Positions 8,769-19,831 of a stretch of DNA of 37,777 bases are shown piece by piece. The notes beneath the pieces are model-generated. The model worked only from the letters and a program-made list of their open reading frames with translations. It did no database searches and had not been told where the DNA came from. Source of the DNA: Mycetocola sp. (GTDB lineage Bacteria; Actinomycetota; Actinomycetes; Actinomycetales; Microbacteriaceae). The DNA is taken from positions 1-37,777 of the forward strand of contig JAZQRG010000152.1 in the NCBI GenBank assembly GCA_045629445.1, written 5' to 3'. The position numbers and the translations under genes were made by a program. Positions within the stretch are counted from its first letter, which is position 1; the number at the start of each line of letters is the position of its first letter.

Positions 8769-9962
8769 GTGGCTAAGGCCAAGTTCGAGCGGACCAAGCC
8801 GCACGTAAACATCGGTACGATCGGTCACGTTGACCACGGCAAGACCACGCTTACCGCTGCCATCTCCAAGGTGCTTGCCGACAAGTACCCTTCGGCAACG
8901 AACGTTCAGCGCGACTTCGCGTCGATCGACTCGGCTCCCGAAGAGCGCCAGCGCGGTATCACGATCAACATTTCGCACGTCGAGTACGAGACGCCTAACC
9001 GTCACTACGCTCACGTTGATGCACCCGGCCACGCCGACTACATCAAGAACATGATCACCGGTGCTGCCCAGATGGACGGCGCAATCCTCGTGGTTGCCGC
9101 AACCGACGGCCCGATGGCCCAGACTCGCGAGCACGTTCTGCTCGCGAAGCAGGTTGGCGTTCCGTACCTCATGGTCGCGCTGAACAAGTCCGACATGGTT
9201 GACGACGAAGAGATCCTTGAGCTCGTTGAGCTCGAGGTTCGCGAGCTTCTCTCGAGCCAGGGCTTCCCCGGCGACGACGCTCCCGTTATCCGCGTCTCGG
9301 GCCTCAAGGCTCTTGAGGGTGACGAGAAGTGGGTCAACTCGGTTCTCGAGCTCATGGAAGCCGCTGACTCTCACATCCCCGACCCGGTGCGCGACAAGGA
9401 CAAGCCGTTCCTTATGCCGATCGAGGACGTCTTCACGATCACCGGTCGTGGAACCGTTGTCACGGGCCGCGCCGAGCGTGGAACCCTCGCCCTGAACTCC
9501 GAGGTTGAAATCGTCGGCATCCGCCCGACGCAGAAGACCATCGTCACGGGTATCGAAATGTTCCACAAGCAGCTCGACGAGGCATGGGCCGGCGAGAACT
9601 GTGGTCTTCTTCTTCGTGGCACCAAGCGCGAAGACGTTGAGCGTGGACAGGTTGTTGTGAAGCCGGGTTCAGTTACCCCTCACACCAACTTCGAGGGCAC
9701 CGCCTACATCCTGTCAAAGGAAGAGGGTGGACGTCACAACCCGTTCTACGCGAACTACCGCCCGCAGTTCTACTTCCGCACCACGGACGTCACCGGCGTC
9801 ATCACGCTGCCAGAGGGCACCGAGATGGTTATGCCTGGCGACACCACCGAAATGACCGTTGAGCTGATCCAGCCCATCGCCATGGAAGAGGGCCTCGGCT
9901 ACGCAATCCGTGAGGGTGGCCGCACCGTCGGTGCCGGTACCGTCACCAAGATCATCAAGTAA
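8769..9962 (+). CDS. tuf: Elongation factor Tu
   Basis: GTG after GAGGAGG; [26 protein letters not shown]; 397 aa. Confidence 0.99.
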   Translation: MAKAKFERTKPHVNIGTIGHVDHGKTTLTAAISKVLADKYPSATNVQRDFASIDSAPEERQRGITINISHVEYETPNRHYAHVDAPGHADYIKNMITGAAQMDGAILVVAATDGPMAQTREHVLLAKQVGVPYLMVALNKSDMVDDEEILELVELEVRELLSSQGFPGDDAPVIRVSGLKALEGDEKWVNSVLELMEAADSHIPDPVRDKDKPFLMPIEDVFTITGRGTVVTGRAERGTLALNSEVEIVGIRPTQKTIVTGIEMFHKQLDEAWAGENCGLLLRGTKREDVERGQVVVKPGSVTPHTNFEGTAYILSKEEGGRHNPFYANYRPQFYFRTTDVTGVITLPEGTEMVMPGDTTEMTVELIQPIAMEEGLGYAIREGGRTVGAGTVTKIIK

Positions 9963-9985
9963 TTTTCTTTTACTGACGATTCCTG

Positions 9986-10020
9986 AAAGGGGTCGGGCCT
10001 TCGGGCCCGGCCCCTTTTTT
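9986..10020 (+). terminator. Rho-independent terminator of the str operon
   Basis: aaaggggtcgggcc-ttcg-ggcccggcccc followed by T6. Confidence 0.92.
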
Positions 10021-10106
10021 GGCGCCATCCGTGGTCACCTGAACTGGGGGCACGCGGCCGGCGCGCGAAGATATGACGATTCGTCATGTTTCGCTAGTGT
10101 GGACTC

Positions 10107-10167
10107 AACCGTGACACATCCCCTCGGTCACGACCACCGACGGCCCCACCCCCTCAGGGGCCGTCGG
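10107..10167 (+). ncRNA. Candidate 6C-like small RNA (two hairpins with C-rich loops)
   Basis: TAGTGT -10-like box at 10095-10100; hairpin cgtgac/gtcacg with loop acatcccctcg; 11-bp hairpin ccgacggcccc/ggggccgtcgg with loop accccctca. Confidence 0.45.
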
Positions 10168-10244
10168 CTGGGCTTTCTCCCGGATCCCGAGCAGAATGGT
10201 TTCATCCCAACCGGGCTCGAACATCATCAGCGGGGAGTATTCAC

Positions 10245-10454
10245 GTGGCACTCGACGACTATGCGAAGAAGGCCAAGGCGTTCCTCGACAATGAGAAGGT
10301 TCGGAACGCGCTCACGAGCGAGAAGGCCGAGGGGCCGAGCGACAAGCTTGTGAATACGGCCGCGGATGCTGCCAGGAAAGTTACCGGCGGAAAGCACGAC
10401 GAGAAAATCGAGAAGGCGCGCGATGCCGCCGACAGGGCTGTCGGTAACGAATAG
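10245..10454 (+). CDS. Small MT0933/Rv0909-like putative antitoxin
   Basis: GTG after GGGGAG; 69 aa, helical; motif AADAARKVTGGKHDEKIEKARDAAD resembles the family pattern 'KTGGKYxDKIDK'. Confidence 0.7.
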   Translation: MALDDYAKKAKAFLDNEKVRNALTSEKAEGPSDKLVNTAADAARKVTGGKHDEKIEKARDAADRAVGNE

Positions 10455-10568
10455 TTCGTACACCCCTCGCAGTGGGGTCGTGAGTTTCGGGCTCCCGGTC
10501 CGCGCGTGATGCCGCGACAATAGCCTCGTCGCCCGGAATTCCGCCACGCCCAACGCGACACGCCCGGG

Positions 10569-10597
10569 TTGCAAAAAGGTTCCGAATCTGTCAGACT
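10569..10597 (+). promoter_or_regulatory. Putative S10 operon promoter
   Basis: TTGCAA (10569-10574), 17-nt spacer, CAGACT (10592-10597); about 300-nt leader to rpsJ. Confidence 0.55.
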
Positions 10598-10909
10598 CAT
10601 CTAGTTCAACATTTCCGTGCCTTCGCGCCGGAATCACTGCCAGGTAGTGCATAGGTCACCCTCGAGATCGAGAGTGGATTTAGGCCGCGGGCAGCAGGAC
10701 ATCGACTTGGTCGACACACCCCCAACACTGGCACAAGCCACAAACGCAGAGCATTGCTGTGCGCTGAGGCCACAGTGACGGGGACTCGACAAAGACTTGA
10801 CAGAAAAATAGTGGTGCGACAGCAAGTGGTACCCAGCGTTTCCTAAACGCTAAGAAGCGCGTCCAATGCGAAGCAATTCGTAAGACGCAAGACAGAGAGT
10901 GAGTCAAAC

Positions 10910-11218
10910 ATGGCGGGACAGAAGATCCGCATTCGACTTAAGTCATACGACCACGAGGTCATTGACACCTCGGCGCGCAAGATCGTCGACACAGTAACCC
11001 GCGCGGGTGCAACGGTAGTCGGCCCAGTGCCGCTTCCGACCGAGAAGAACGTGGTGTGTGTCATCCGTTCACCTCACAAGTACAAGGACAGCCGGGAGCA
11101 CTTCGAAATGCGCACCCACAAGCGTCTGATCGACATCATTGACCCGACGCCGAAGGCCGTCGACTCGCTCATGCGACTCGACCTGCCCGCCGACGTCAAC
11201 ATCGAGATCAAGCTCTAA
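10910..11218 (+). CDS. rpsJ: 30S ribosomal protein S10
   Basis: [31 protein letters not shown]. Confidence 0.99.
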   Translation: MAGQKIRIRLKSYDHEVIDTSARKIVDTVTRAGATVVGPVPLPTEKNVVCVIRSPHKYKDSREHFEMRTHKRLIDIIDPTPKAVDSLMRLDLPADVNIEIKL

Positions 11219-11226
11219 GGGAACGC

Positions 11227-11883
11227 ATGTCTACGCAGAACAAGACCAGCAAGGGTCTGCTCGGCAAGAAGCTTGGCATGACTCAGGTCTGGGACGAGAA
11301 CAACAAGCTCGTGCCAGTGACCGTAATCGAGATCACCCCGAACGTTGTGACGCAGATTCGCACGCCAGAGGTTGACGGCTACAACGCGGTTCAGATCGCC
11401 AACGGCCAGATCGACCCCCGCAAGGTGAACAAGCCTGACGCAGGACACTTTGACAAGGCTGGCGTTACGCCTCGCCGCAACGTCACCGAGGTTCGCACCG
11501 CTGACGCTTCGGACTACGCACTCGGCCAGGAACTCACCGTTGAAGGCACCTTCGAGGCCGGCCAGAAGGTCGACGTCGTCGGAACCAGCAAGGGTAAGGG
11601 TTTCGCCGGTGTCATGAAGCGCCACAACTTCAAGGGTGTTTCCGCATCTCACGGTGCACACCGCAACCACCGCAAGCCCGGTTCAATCGGTGCTTCGTCG
11701 ACCCCGAGCCGTGTCTTCAAGGGCATGCGCATGGCCGGTCGTATGGGTGGAGAGCGCGTTACCGTGCTGAACCTGCACGTCCACTCGGTTGACGCCGAAA
11801 AGGGCCTGCTGCTCGTCAAGGGTGCCGTTCCCGGTGCTCGTGGCCGCATCGTTTTCGTCCGCAACGCAGTGAAGGGAGCGTAG
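11227..11883 (+). CDS. rplC: 50S ribosomal protein L3
   Basis: [28 protein letters not shown]. Confidence 0.99.
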   Translation: MSTQNKTSKGLLGKKLGMTQVWDENNKLVPVTVIEITPNVVTQIRTPEVDGYNAVQIANGQIDPRKVNKPDAGHFDKAGVTPRRNVTEVRTADASDYALGQELTVEGTFEAGQKVDVVGTSKGKGFAGVMKRHNFKGVSASHGAHRNHRKPGSIGASSTPSRVFKGMRMAGRMGGERVTVLNLHVHSVDAEKGLLLVKGAVPGARGRIVFVRNAVKGA

Positions 11884-11887
11884 TCAC

Positions 11888-12586
11888 ATGACCGACGCAA
11901 CTCGCATCGCTACGGTCGACGTTCTCGACACCAAGGGCAAGAAGGCCGGCACCGTCGACCTTCCCGCCGAGGTGTTCGACGTCCAGACCAACATCCCGCT
12001 CATCCACCAGGTCGTTGTGGCTCAGCTCGCAGCAGCACGACAGGGAACCCACAAGACCAAGCGTCGTGGTGAAGTTTCCGGTGCAGGCCGCAAGCCGTTC
12101 AAGCAGAAGGGAACCGGTCGCGCTCGTCAGGGCTCGATCCGCGCTCCCCAGATGCGTGGCGGTGGCATCGTCCACGGTCCAGTGCCCCGCGACTACTCGC
12201 AGCGCACCCCCAAGAAGATGATTGCTGCTGCACTCCGCGGCGCACTGTCCGACCGCGCACGCGGTGAGCGGATCCACGTTGTGGAGACGTTCGTTGTCGC
12301 CGAAGAGCGCGTCACGAAGGCAACCACCGAGTACCTCGCAAAGGTCGCGAACTCGCAGAACGTTCTCATCGTCCTCGAGCGTGACGACGTGCTGAGCTAC
12401 AAGGCAGTTCGCAACATCCCAACCGTTCACGTCATCAACTTCGACCAGCTGAACGCGTACGACGTTCTCGTCTCGGACGACATCATCTTCACCAAGGCCG
12501 CGTTCGACGCTTTCGTCGCCGGTCCGGTCAAGGGCAAGTCGGTCAAGGCAGTTGCTTCGTCTGCTGACGTCACTGAGGAGGCCTAG
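11888..12586 (+). CDS. rplD: 50S ribosomal protein L4
   Basis: [23 protein letters not shown]. Confidence 0.99.
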   Translation: MTDATRIATVDVLDTKGKKAGTVDLPAEVFDVQTNIPLIHQVVVAQLAAARQGTHKTKRRGEVSGAGRKPFKQKGTGRARQGSIRAPQMRGGGIVHGPVPRDYSQRTPKKMIAAALRGALSDRARGERIHVVETFVVAEERVTKATTEYLAKVANSQNVLIVLERDDVLSYKAVRNIPTVHVINFDQLNAYDVLVSDDIIFTKAAFDAFVAGPVKGKSVKAVASSADVTEEA

Positions 12587-12588
12587 TC

Positions 12589-12888
12589 ATGTCCAACATC
12601 AACAAGGACCCGCGCGAAATCATCATCTCGCCGGTGGTCTCCGAGAAGAGCTACGGCTTGATCGATGAGGGTAAGTACACCTTCGTCGTCGACCCGCGTG
12701 CGAACAAGACCGAGATCAAGCTCGCTATCGAGAAGATCTTCAAGGTCGAGGTCGCATCCGTCAACACACTGAACCGCACCGGCAAGACTCGTCGTACCAA
12801 GTTCGGTATGGGCAAGCGCAAGGACACGAAGCGCGCGATCGTCACGCTCAAGTCCGGTTCCATCGACATCTTCACGGCTGTCGGCTAA
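12589..12888 (+). CDS. rplW: 50S ribosomal protein L23
   Basis: PVVSEKS, ANKTEIK, KRAIVTL. Confidence 0.98.
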   Translation: MSNINKDPREIIISPVVSEKSYGLIDEGKYTFVVDPRANKTEIKLAIEKIFKVEVASVNTLNRTGKTRRTKFGMGKRKDTKRAIVTLKSGSIDIFTAVG

Positions 12889-12906
12889 GGGGCGTAAGGA
12901 AAAACT

Positions 12907-13746
12907 ATGGCTATTCGCAAATACAAGCCCACGACACCTGGTCGTCGCGGATCGAGCGTTTCTGATTTCGCTGAAATCACCCGCTCGACCCCGGAGAAGT
13001 CGCTTCTGCGTCCGCTCTCCAAGACCGGTGGTCGCAACAACCAGGGCCGCATCACGACCCGTCACATCGGTGGTGGCCACAAGCGCCAGTACCGCGTTAT
13101 CGACTTCCGTCGTAACGACAAGGACGGCGTCAACGCCCGTGTCGCTCACATCGAGTACGACCCCAACCGCACGGCGCGCATTGCGCTCCTGCACTTCGTT
13201 GACGGCACCAAGCGCTACATCCTCGCTCCCAACAAGCTCGCTCAGGGCGACGTTGTCGAGTCGGGTGCTGGCGCTGACATCAAGCCGGGCAACAACCTGC
13301 CGCTGAAGAACATCCCCACCGGTACCGTCATCCACGCAATCGAATTGCGTCCGGGTGGAGGCGCCAAGATGGCTCGCTCAGCAGGCGCATCGGTTCGTCT
13401 CGTCGCCAAGGATGGCATCTACGCGCAGCTTCGTCTGCCGTCAGGTGAAATCCGCAACGTCGACGCACGCTGCCGCGCAACCATCGGTGAAGTCGGCAAC
13501 GCCGAGCAGTCGAACATCAACTGGGGTAAGGCCGGCCGTAGCCGCTGGAAGGGCATCCGCCCGACCGTGCGTGGTGTCGCCATGAACCCGGTAGACCACC
13601 CACACGGTGGTGGTGAGGGCAAGACCTCCGGTGGACGCCACCCGGTCAGCCCGTGGGGCCAGAAAGAAGGCCGCACCCGCCACCCGAACAAGGAAAGCGA
13701 CAAGCTCATCGTTCGTCGCCGTACCGCCACCAAGAAGCGTAAGTAG
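12907..13746 (+). CDS. rplB: 50S ribosomal protein L2
   Basis: [29 protein letters not shown]. Confidence 0.99.
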   Translation: MAIRKYKPTTPGRRGSSVSDFAEITRSTPEKSLLRPLSKTGGRNNQGRITTRHIGGGHKRQYRVIDFRRNDKDGVNARVAHIEYDPNRTARIALLHFVDGTKRYILAPNKLAQGDVVESGAGADIKPGNNLPLKNIPTGTVIHAIELRPGGGAKMARSAGASVRLVAKDGIYAQLRLPSGEIRNVDARCRATIGEVGNAEQSNINWGKAGRSRWKGIRPTVRGVAMNPVDHPHGGGEGKTSGGRHPVSPWGQKEGRTRHPNKESDKLIVRRRTATKKRK

Positions 13747-13758
13747 GAGTTGTAGAAG

Positions 13759-14040
13759 ATGCCACGCAGTCTTAAGAAGGGCCCCTTCGTTGATGACCAC
13801 CTGCTCCGCAAGGTGGTTCGCGCGAACGAGGCCAACAGCAAAAACGTCATCAAGACCTGGTCGCGCCGTTCGATGATTGTCCCCAACATGCTTGGGCACA
13901 CCATCGCGGTGCACGACGGTCGCAAGCACATCCCGGTGTTCATCACCGAGTCGATGGTCGGGCACAAGCTCGGCGAGTTTGCACCCACCCGCACCTTCCG
14001 TGGACACGTGAAGGATGACAAGAAGGGTCGTCGCCGCTAA
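13759..14040 (+). CDS. rpsS: 30S ribosomal protein S19
   Basis: [23 protein letters not shown]. Confidence 0.99.
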   Translation: MPRSLKKGPFVDDHLLRKVVRANEANSKNVIKTWSRRSMIVPNMLGHTIAVHDGRKHIPVFITESMVGHKLGEFAPTRTFRGHVKDDKKGRRR

Positions 14041-14065
14041 CGCGGTGACGAAAAGGAGGAGAGAA

Positions 14066-14431
14066 ATGGTGGAGTCAGTCGCACGAGTGCGTCACATCCG
14101 CGTTACCCCCATGAAGGCCCGCCGCGTCGTCAACATGATCCGCGGAAAGCAGGCCACTGAGGCCTTGGCCATTCTGAAGTTCGCACCGCAGGGTGCATCA
14201 GAGCCCGTCTACAAGCTGGTTGCTTCTGCCATCGCGAACGCTCGCGTCAAGGCAGACAAAGACAACCAGTTCCTGGACGAGCAGGACCTGTACATCGCAA
14301 AGGCATTCGTTGACGAGGGCGCGACCCTCAAGCGCTTCCAGCCGCGTGCACAGGGCCGGGCATTCCAGATTCTGAAGCGCACCAGCCACATCACTGTTGT
14401 GCTCGCCACTCCTGAGGAGGGTACGAAGTAA
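14066..14431 (+). CDS. rplV: 50S ribosomal protein L22
   Basis: ATG after AGGAGG; [22 protein letters not shown]. Confidence 0.98.
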   Translation: MVESVARVRHIRVTPMKARRVVNMIRGKQATEALAILKFAPQGASEPVYKLVASAIANARVKADKDNQFLDEQDLYIAKAFVDEGATLKRFQPRAQGRAFQILKRTSHITVVLATPEEGTK

Positions 14432-15186
14432 TGGGTCAGAAAGTAAATCCATACGGCTTCCGCCTCGGCATCACCACCGACCACGTGTCGCGTTGGTTCG
14501 CCGACAGCACCAAGCCTGGCCAGCGCTACAGCGACTACGTTGCTGAAGACGTCAAGATCCGTCGCCTGCTCGGCACCTCGCTTGACCGCGCCGGTGTTTC
14601 GCGCATTGAGATCGAGCGCACCCGTGACCGCGTTCGTGTCGACATTCACACCGCCCGTCCGGGCATTGTGATCGGTCGCCGCGGCGCCGAGGCGGAGCGT
14701 ATTCGCACCGACCTCGAAAAGCTCACCGGCAAGCAGATCCAGCTGAACATCCTCGAGGTCAAGAACCCCGAGGCTGACGCTCAGCTCGTTGCACAGGGCA
14801 TCGCCGAGCAGCTTTCCGCACGTGTGGCCTTCCGCCGCGCAATGCGTAAGGGCCTGCAGGGCGCCCAGCGCACCTCGACCGTCAAGGGTGTTCGCATCCA
14901 GGTCTCAGGCCGCCTCGGTGGCGCTGAGATGAGCCGTTCGGAGTTCTACCGCGAAGGCCGTGTGCCGCTGCACACGCTCCGCGCGAACATCGACTACGGC
15001 TTCTACGAGGCCAAGACCACCTTCGGCCGCATCGGTGTGAAGGTCTGGATCTACAAGGGCGACATCACCAACAAGGAACTCGCTCGCGAGCAGGCAAACG
15101 CTAAGTCGAGCCGCCCAGAGCGCAGTGACCGTCCGCGTCGCGCACCACGCGCAGACGCTCCGGTTGCAGAAGGGGCTACGGCTTAA
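14431..15186 (+). CDS. rpsC: 30S ribosomal protein S3
   Basis: [27 protein letters not shown]. Confidence 0.99.
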   Translation: MGQKVNPYGFRLGITTDHVSRWFADSTKPGQRYSDYVAEDVKIRRLLGTSLDRAGVSRIEIERTRDRVRVDIHTARPGIVIGRRGAEAERIRTDLEKLTGKQIQLNILEVKNPEADAQLVAQGIAEQLSARVAFRRAMRKGLQGAQRTSTVKGVRIQVSGRLGGAEMSRSEFYREGRVPLHTLRANIDYGFYEAKTTFGRIGVKVWIYKGDITNKELAREQANAKSSRPERSDRPRRAPRADAPVAEGATA

Positions 15187-15188
15187 TC

Positions 15189-15608
15189 ATGCTTATTCCA
15201 CGTCGTGTCAAGCACCGCAAGCAGCACCGTCCACACCGCACTGGCCAGGCCACCGGTGGAACCGTTGTCAGCTTCGGCGAGTACGGCATTCAGGCCCTTA
15301 CCCCCGCTTATGTGACCAACCGTCAGATCGAGTCCGCTCGTATCGCCATGACGCGTCACATCAAGCGTGGTGGAAAGGTCTGGATCAACATCTACCCCGA
15401 CCGTCCGCTCACCAAGAAGCCTGCTGAAACCCGCATGGGTTCCGGTAAGGGTTCGCCCGAGTGGTGGGTCGCGAACGTCAAGCCCGGCCGTGTGCTTTTC
15501 GAGGTTGCTGGTGTCCCCGAGACACTCGCCCGCGAAGCACTGACCCGTGCAATCCACAAGCTGCCTCTCAAGGCACGCATCATCAAGCGCGAGGAGGGCG
15601 ACGCATAA
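15189..15608 (+). CDS. rplP: 50S ribosomal protein L16
   Basis: [22 protein letters not shown]. Confidence 0.99.
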   Translation: MLIPRRVKHRKQHRPHRTGQATGGTVVSFGEYGIQALTPAYVTNRQIESARIAMTRHIKRGGKVWINIYPDRPLTKKPAETRMGSGKGSPEWWVANVKPGRVLFEVAGVPETLAREALTRAIHKLPLKARIIKREEGDA

Positions 15609-15934
15609 TGGCGATCGGTTCCAAGGAGCTCACCCCCGTTGAGCTCGACACATTTGAAGACGAACGTCTTGTCGACGAGCTGCGCAAGGCCAAGGAAGAG
15701 CTGTTCAACCTGCGCTTCCAGTCGGCCACCGGCCAGCTCGAGACCCACGGCCGCCTGCGTGCCGTGAAGCGCGACATCGCTCGCATCTACACGGTTATCC
15801 GTGAGCGCGAGCTCGGAATTCGGGCCACCCCGGTTCCGGTTGAAGTCGAGGCTCCGGTCAAGGCTGCGAAGAAGACCAAGAAGAAGGATGCCGTTGACGC
15901 GGCACCCGAAACCGAGACTGAGGAGGCCAAGTAA
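15608..15934 (+). CDS. rpmC: 50S ribosomal protein L29 with charged C-terminal extension
   Basis: ATG overlaps rplP stop; [25 protein letters not shown]. Confidence 0.97.
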   Translation: MAIGSKELTPVELDTFEDERLVDELRKAKEELFNLRFQSATGQLETHGRLRAVKRDIARIYTVIRERELGIRATPVPVEVEAPVKAAKKTKKKDAVDAAPETETEEAK

Positions 15935-16239
15935 TGGCTAAGTCTGACGCTAAGGGCGCAGCACCCTCGACTGAGGCTGAGGCCGTTGTTCGTGGCTACC
16001 GCAAGACGGCTCGTGGATACGTCATCAGCGACCGCATGGACAAGACCATCGTCGTTGAGGTCGAAGACCGCGTAAAGCACCCGCTTTACGGCAAGGTCAT
16101 CCGCCGCACTTCCAAGAGGAAAGTGCACGATGAGCAGAACGGCGCCGGCATCGGCGACCTCGTTCTGACCAGCGAGACCCGCCCGCTCAGCGCCACGAAG
16201 CGCTGGCGCCTGGTCGAGATCCTCGAGAAGGCCAAGTAA
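15934..16239 (+). CDS. rpsQ: 30S ribosomal protein S17
   Basis: [27 protein letters not shown]. Confidence 0.99.
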   Translation: MAKSDAKGAAPSTEAEAVVRGYRKTARGYVISDRMDKTIVVEVEDRVKHPLYGKVIRRTSKRKVHDEQNGAGIGDLVLTSETRPLSATKRWRLVEILEKAK

Positions 16240-16271
16240 GCCCCCGGGCTTGCTTGTAAAGGAGTTAGAAA

Positions 16272-16640
16272 ATGCTTCAGCAGGAATCCAGAGTCAAGGT
16301 TGCCGACAACACCGGCGCCAAGGAGCTTCTCACCATTCGCGTTCTCGGCGGATCAGGTCGGCGTTACGCCAGCCTCGGCGACACGATCGTTGCGACCGTC
16401 AAGGATGCAATCCCGGGCGGAAACGTCAAGAAGGGTGACGTCGTCAAGGCCGTCATCGTTCGCACCAAGAAGGAAGTTCGTCGTCCGGACGGCTCCTACA
16501 TCAAGTTCGATGAGAACGCAGCAGTGATTTTGAAGAACGACGGCGACCCCCGCGGTACCCGTATCTTCGGACCGGTCGGTCGCGAGCTTCGCGACAAGAA
16601 GTTCATGAAGATCGTCTCGCTGGCACCGGAGGTTATTTAG
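16272..16640 (+). CDS. rplN: 50S ribosomal protein L14
   Basis: [23 protein letters not shown]. Confidence 0.99.
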   Translation: MLQQESRVKVADNTGAKELLTIRVLGGSGRRYASLGDTIVATVKDAIPGGNVKKGDVVKAVIVRTKKEVRRPDGSYIKFDENAAVILKNDGDPRGTRIFGPVGRELRDKKFMKIVSLAPEVI

Positions 16641-16642
16641 TC

Positions 16643-17002
16643 ATGGCGAAGATCAAAAAGGGCGACCTCGTCCAGGTCATCTCGGGCGCAACCCAGGCTC
16701 GCGGCGGTTCACGCGGCAAGCAGGGTCGTGTCCTCCAGGTCCTGGTCGAGAAGAACCGCGTCATCGTTGAGGGCGTCAACTACGTCACCAAGCACGTCCG
16801 CCAGGGTCAGACCCAGCGCGGAACGAAGACCGGTGGCGTCGAGACCCACGAGGCTCCGATCCACATCTCGAATGTGGCTCTCGTTGACCCCGAGACCAAG
16901 AAGCCGACGCGAGTTGGCCACCGTAATGAAGAAGTAACGAAGAACGGCGTCACCAAGACTGTCCGCGTCCGTTACGCCAAGAAGTCAGGTAAGGACCTTT
17001 AA
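16643..17002 (+). CDS. rplX: 50S ribosomal protein L24
   Basis: [26 protein letters not shown]. Confidence 0.99.
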   Translation: MAKIKKGDLVQVISGATQARGGSRGKQGRVLQVLVEKNRVIVEGVNYVTKHVRQGQTQRGTKTGGVETHEAPIHISNVALVDPETKKPTRVGHRNEEVTKNGVTKTVRVRYAKKSGKDL

Positions 17003-17589
17003 TGACTGACGCTGCAGTGGTGTCTGGCAAAATCCAGCCCCGTCTCAAGCAGAAGTACCAGGCAGAGATCCAGGAGCAGCTGCTCAAGGAACTCGGCCTG
17101 ACCAACGTGCACCAGATCCCGACGCTCACCAAGATCGTCGTGAACATGGGTGTCGGCGAGGCAGCCCGCGATGGCAAGATCATCGATGGTGCTGTTGCCG
17201 ACCTGACCAAGATCACCGGTCAGAAGCCACAGGTCACCAAGGCCCGCAAGTCGATCGCACAGTTCAAGCTGCGCGAAGGACAGCCCATCGGCGCCCACGT
17301 CACGCTTCGTGGCGACCGCATGTGGGAGTTCCTCGACCGCCTGCTCAGCCTCGCACTTCCCCGTATCCGCGACTTCCGCGGCCTGAGCCCGAAGCAGTTC
17401 GACGGCACAGGAAACTACACCTTCGGTCTGACCGAGCAGTCGATGTTCCACGAAATCGACCAGGACAAGATCGACCGCGTTCGCGGAATGGACATCACCG
17501 TCGTTACGACGGCGAAGTCAGATGAGCAGGGTCGCGCGCTTCTCAAGGCGCTCGGTTTCCCCTTCACGTCAACAGACAGCGCAAAGTAG
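17002..17589 (+). CDS. rplE: 50S ribosomal protein L5
   Basis: [26 protein letters not shown]. Confidence 0.99.
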   Translation: MTDAAVVSGKIQPRLKQKYQAEIQEQLLKELGLTNVHQIPTLTKIVVNMGVGEAARDGKIIDGAVADLTKITGQKPQVTKARKSIAQFKLREGQPIGAHVTLRGDRMWEFLDRLLSLALPRIRDFRGLSPKQFDGTGNYTFGLTEQSMFHEIDQDKIDRVRGMDITVVTTAKSDEQGRALLKALGFPFTSTDSAK

Positions 17590-17753
17590 CTGTAGAGTGG
17601 GTCGGTTGCTTGCAGCCGACCCGCACTGCGGACGCTCACAACTGAAGATTTCTCTCGCACGGTTGCGCCGGCCACTCAATTGACCTCAATTGGGTGCCCC
17701 GGCGCAATCGAGCGTCGAGATCAGGGGGGCGAAGCATCCGTTTCTCCCCTAAC

Positions 17754-17797
17754 CACCACAGGTCGTCATTCGTGTAACGGGTGAACGAAACCTGGTG
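17754..17797 (+). promoter_or_regulatory. Candidate S8-binding (16S helix-21-like) leader hairpin upstream of rpsH
   Basis: Hairpin with GGUC/GAAACC asymmetric core, ending 3 nt before the GAAGGA SD. Confidence 0.5.
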
Positions 17798-17814
17798 AAC
17801 GAAGGAAATAACAC

Positions 17815-18213
17815 ATGACAATGACAGATCCGGTCGCAGATATGCTGACCAGACTGCGCAACGCGAACTCGGCGCACCACGACACCGTGTCCATGCCGCA
17901 CTCGAAGCTCAAGAGCCACATCGCAGAGATCCTCACATCAGAGGGCTACATCTCCGGCTGGGAAGTTGCAGACGCGCGCGTCGGACAGACCCTCACGCTG
18001 AACCTCAAGTTCGGTCCGAACCGCGAACGCTCCATCGTGGGCATCAAGCGTGTTTCGAAGCCAGGCCTCCGCGTGTACGCAAAGTCGACGGAGATCCCCA
18101 AGGTTCTCGGCGGCCTCGGCGTCGCCATCCTGTCCACCTCCTCTGGTCTGCTTACAGACCGTCAGGCTGAGAAGAAGGGCGTAGGCGGAGAAATTCTCGC
18201 TTACGTGTGGTAG
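17815..18213 (+). CDS. rpsH: 30S ribosomal protein S8
   Basis: [32 protein letters not shown]. Confidence 0.99.
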   Translation: MTMTDPVADMLTRLRNANSAHHDTVSMPHSKLKSHIAEILTSEGYISGWEVADARVGQTLTLNLKFGPNRERSIVGIKRVSKPGLRVYAKSTEIPKVLGGLGVAILSTSSGLLTDRQAEKKGVGGEILAYVW

Positions 18214-18219
18214 CCAGAT

Positions 18220-18756
18220 ATGTCGCGTATTGGAAGACTTCCCATTGAGATCCCTGCAGGGGTCACCGTTTCGGTTGACGGCTCAGCTGTCACCGTCTCA
18301 GGCCCGAAGGGCGAGCTGGCACTGAAGGTCGCCAGCCCCATCGAGGTCAAGGTTGAGGATGCCCAGGTTCTGGTCACCCGCCCCGACGACGAGCGTGAAT
18401 CACGTTCGCTCCACGGACTCACCCGCACACTCATCAGCAACCAGATCATCGGCGTTACCCAGGGCTACACCAAGGGCCTTGAGGTTGTCGGAACCGGTTA
18501 CCGCGTAGCCCAGAAGGGCAGCTCGGTTGAGTTCGCCCTCGGCTTCTCGCACCCGGTCATGATCGACCCGCCTGCCGGCATCACGCTCACCGTTGAGGGC
18601 AACAACAAGCTCACGGTGTCTGGTATCGACAAGCAGGCCGTCGGCGAGGCTGCTGCCAACATTCGTAAGATTCGCAAGCCTGAGCCGTACAAGGGCAAGG
18701 GTGTGCGTTACGCCGGCGAGATTGTTCGCCGCAAGGCCGGAAAGGCTGGTAAGTAA
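18220..18756 (+). CDS. rplF: 50S ribosomal protein L6
   Basis: [20 protein letters not shown]. Confidence 0.99.
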   Translation: MSRIGRLPIEIPAGVTVSVDGSAVTVSGPKGELALKVASPIEVKVEDAQVLVTRPDDERESRSLHGLTRTLISNQIIGVTQGYTKGLEVVGTGYRVAQKGSSVEFALGFSHPVMIDPPAGITLTVEGNNKLTVSGIDKQAVGEAAANIRKIRKPEPYKGKGVRYAGEIVRRKAGKAGK

Positions 18757-18758
18757 CC

Positions 18759-19118
18759 ATGGCCGTAAAGTCCAAGTCGGCTGCCCGTGACCGTCGTCAC
18801 GCGCGCCTCCGTAAGAAGATCGCGGGAACAGCGGCTCGTCCGCGTCTCGTTGTGACCCGTTCGGCTCGTCACGTATTCGTGCAGGTTGTTGACGACAGCA
18901 AGGGCTTCACCCTCGCGTCGGCATCGACCCTCGAATCTGACCTCCGTACCTTTGACGGTGACAAGACCGCCAAGGCCAAGAAGGTCGGCGAGCTCGTTGC
19001 AGAGCGTGCGAAGAGCGCCGGCATCGAAGAAGTCGTTTTTGACCGCGGTGGCAACCGTTACGCGGGTCGCGTCGCGGCTATCGCCGAGGGCGCTCGAGAG
19101 GGTGGGTTGAACCTGTGA
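18759..19118 (+). CDS. rplR: 50S ribosomal protein L18
   Basis: [23 protein letters not shown]. Confidence 0.99.
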   Translation: MAVKSKSAARDRRHARLRKKIAGTAARPRLVVTRSARHVFVQVVDDSKGFTLASASTLESDLRTFDGDKTAKAKKVGELVAERAKSAGIEEVVFDRGGNRYAGRVAAIAEGAREGGLNL

Positions 19119-19831
19119 GTGATGTACAGAAGACCGAGGTTGTTGCTGCTGCTGAGCTGCCAGCCGTCGAGAAGCCGGTTGAAACTGCTGCCGGCACCGA
19201 GAGCTCGGGTCGCACCGACGCTCGCGACAGCCGCCGTGGCGGTCGTGGCGAGCGTAACCAGGGCCGCGAGCGTAACAGCCGCGACGCTGACAAGAACCAG
19301 TTCCTCGAGCGCGTTGTAACGATCAACCGCGTTTCCAAGGTCGTCAAGGGTGGTCGTCGCTTCAGCTTCACCGCTCTCGTCGTCGTCGGAGACGGCAACG
19401 GAATGGTTGGCGTCGGATACGGCAAGGCTCGCGAAGTGCCTCTCGCTATCTCCAAGGGCGTCGAGGAAGCGAAGAAGAACTTCTTCCGCGTTCCTCGCGT
19501 CGGCTCGACCATCCCGCACCCCGTCCAGGGTGAGGCAGCTGCAGGAGTCGTCCTCCTGCGTCCGGCTGCTGCGGGTACCGGTGTTATCGCCGGTGGTCCG
19601 GTTCGCGCCGTCCTCGAGTGCGCAGGCATTCACGACGTTCTCAGCAAGTCGCTCGGTTCGTCGAACACCATCAACATCGTTCACGCGACAGTTACCGCGT
19701 TGAAGATGCTCGAAGAGCCTCGCGCCGTTGCCGCACGCCGTGGCAAGGAGTACTCCGAGATTGCTCCTGCCAAGCTGCTGCAGGTCGAGGCCCAGGCCGC
19801 TGCCAAGGCAGCCGCAAAGGTAGGTGCGTAA
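19115..19831 (+). CDS. rpsE: 30S ribosomal protein S5
   Basis: [24 protein letters not shown]; GTG start overlaps rplR stop. Confidence 0.99.
   Translation: MSDVQKTEVVAAAELPAVEKPVETAAGTESSGRTDARDSRRGGRGERNQGRERNSRDADKNQFLERVVTINRVSKVVKGGRRFSFTALVVVGDGNGMVGVGYGKAREVPLAISKGVEEAKKNFFRVPRVGSTIPHPVQGEAAAGVVLLRPAAAGTGVIAGGPVRAVLECAGIHDVLSKSLGSSNTINIVHATVTALKMLEEPRAVAARRGKEYSEIAPAKLLQVEAQAAAKAAAKVGA

Noticed and set aside
10797-10825. Perfect TTGACA in the rpsJ leader
   Set aside because: No TANNNT at 16-18 nt spacing.
17590-17814. rpsN pseudogene or small ORF
   Set aside because: No S14-like residues recognised by eye; the sequence is explained by hairpins.
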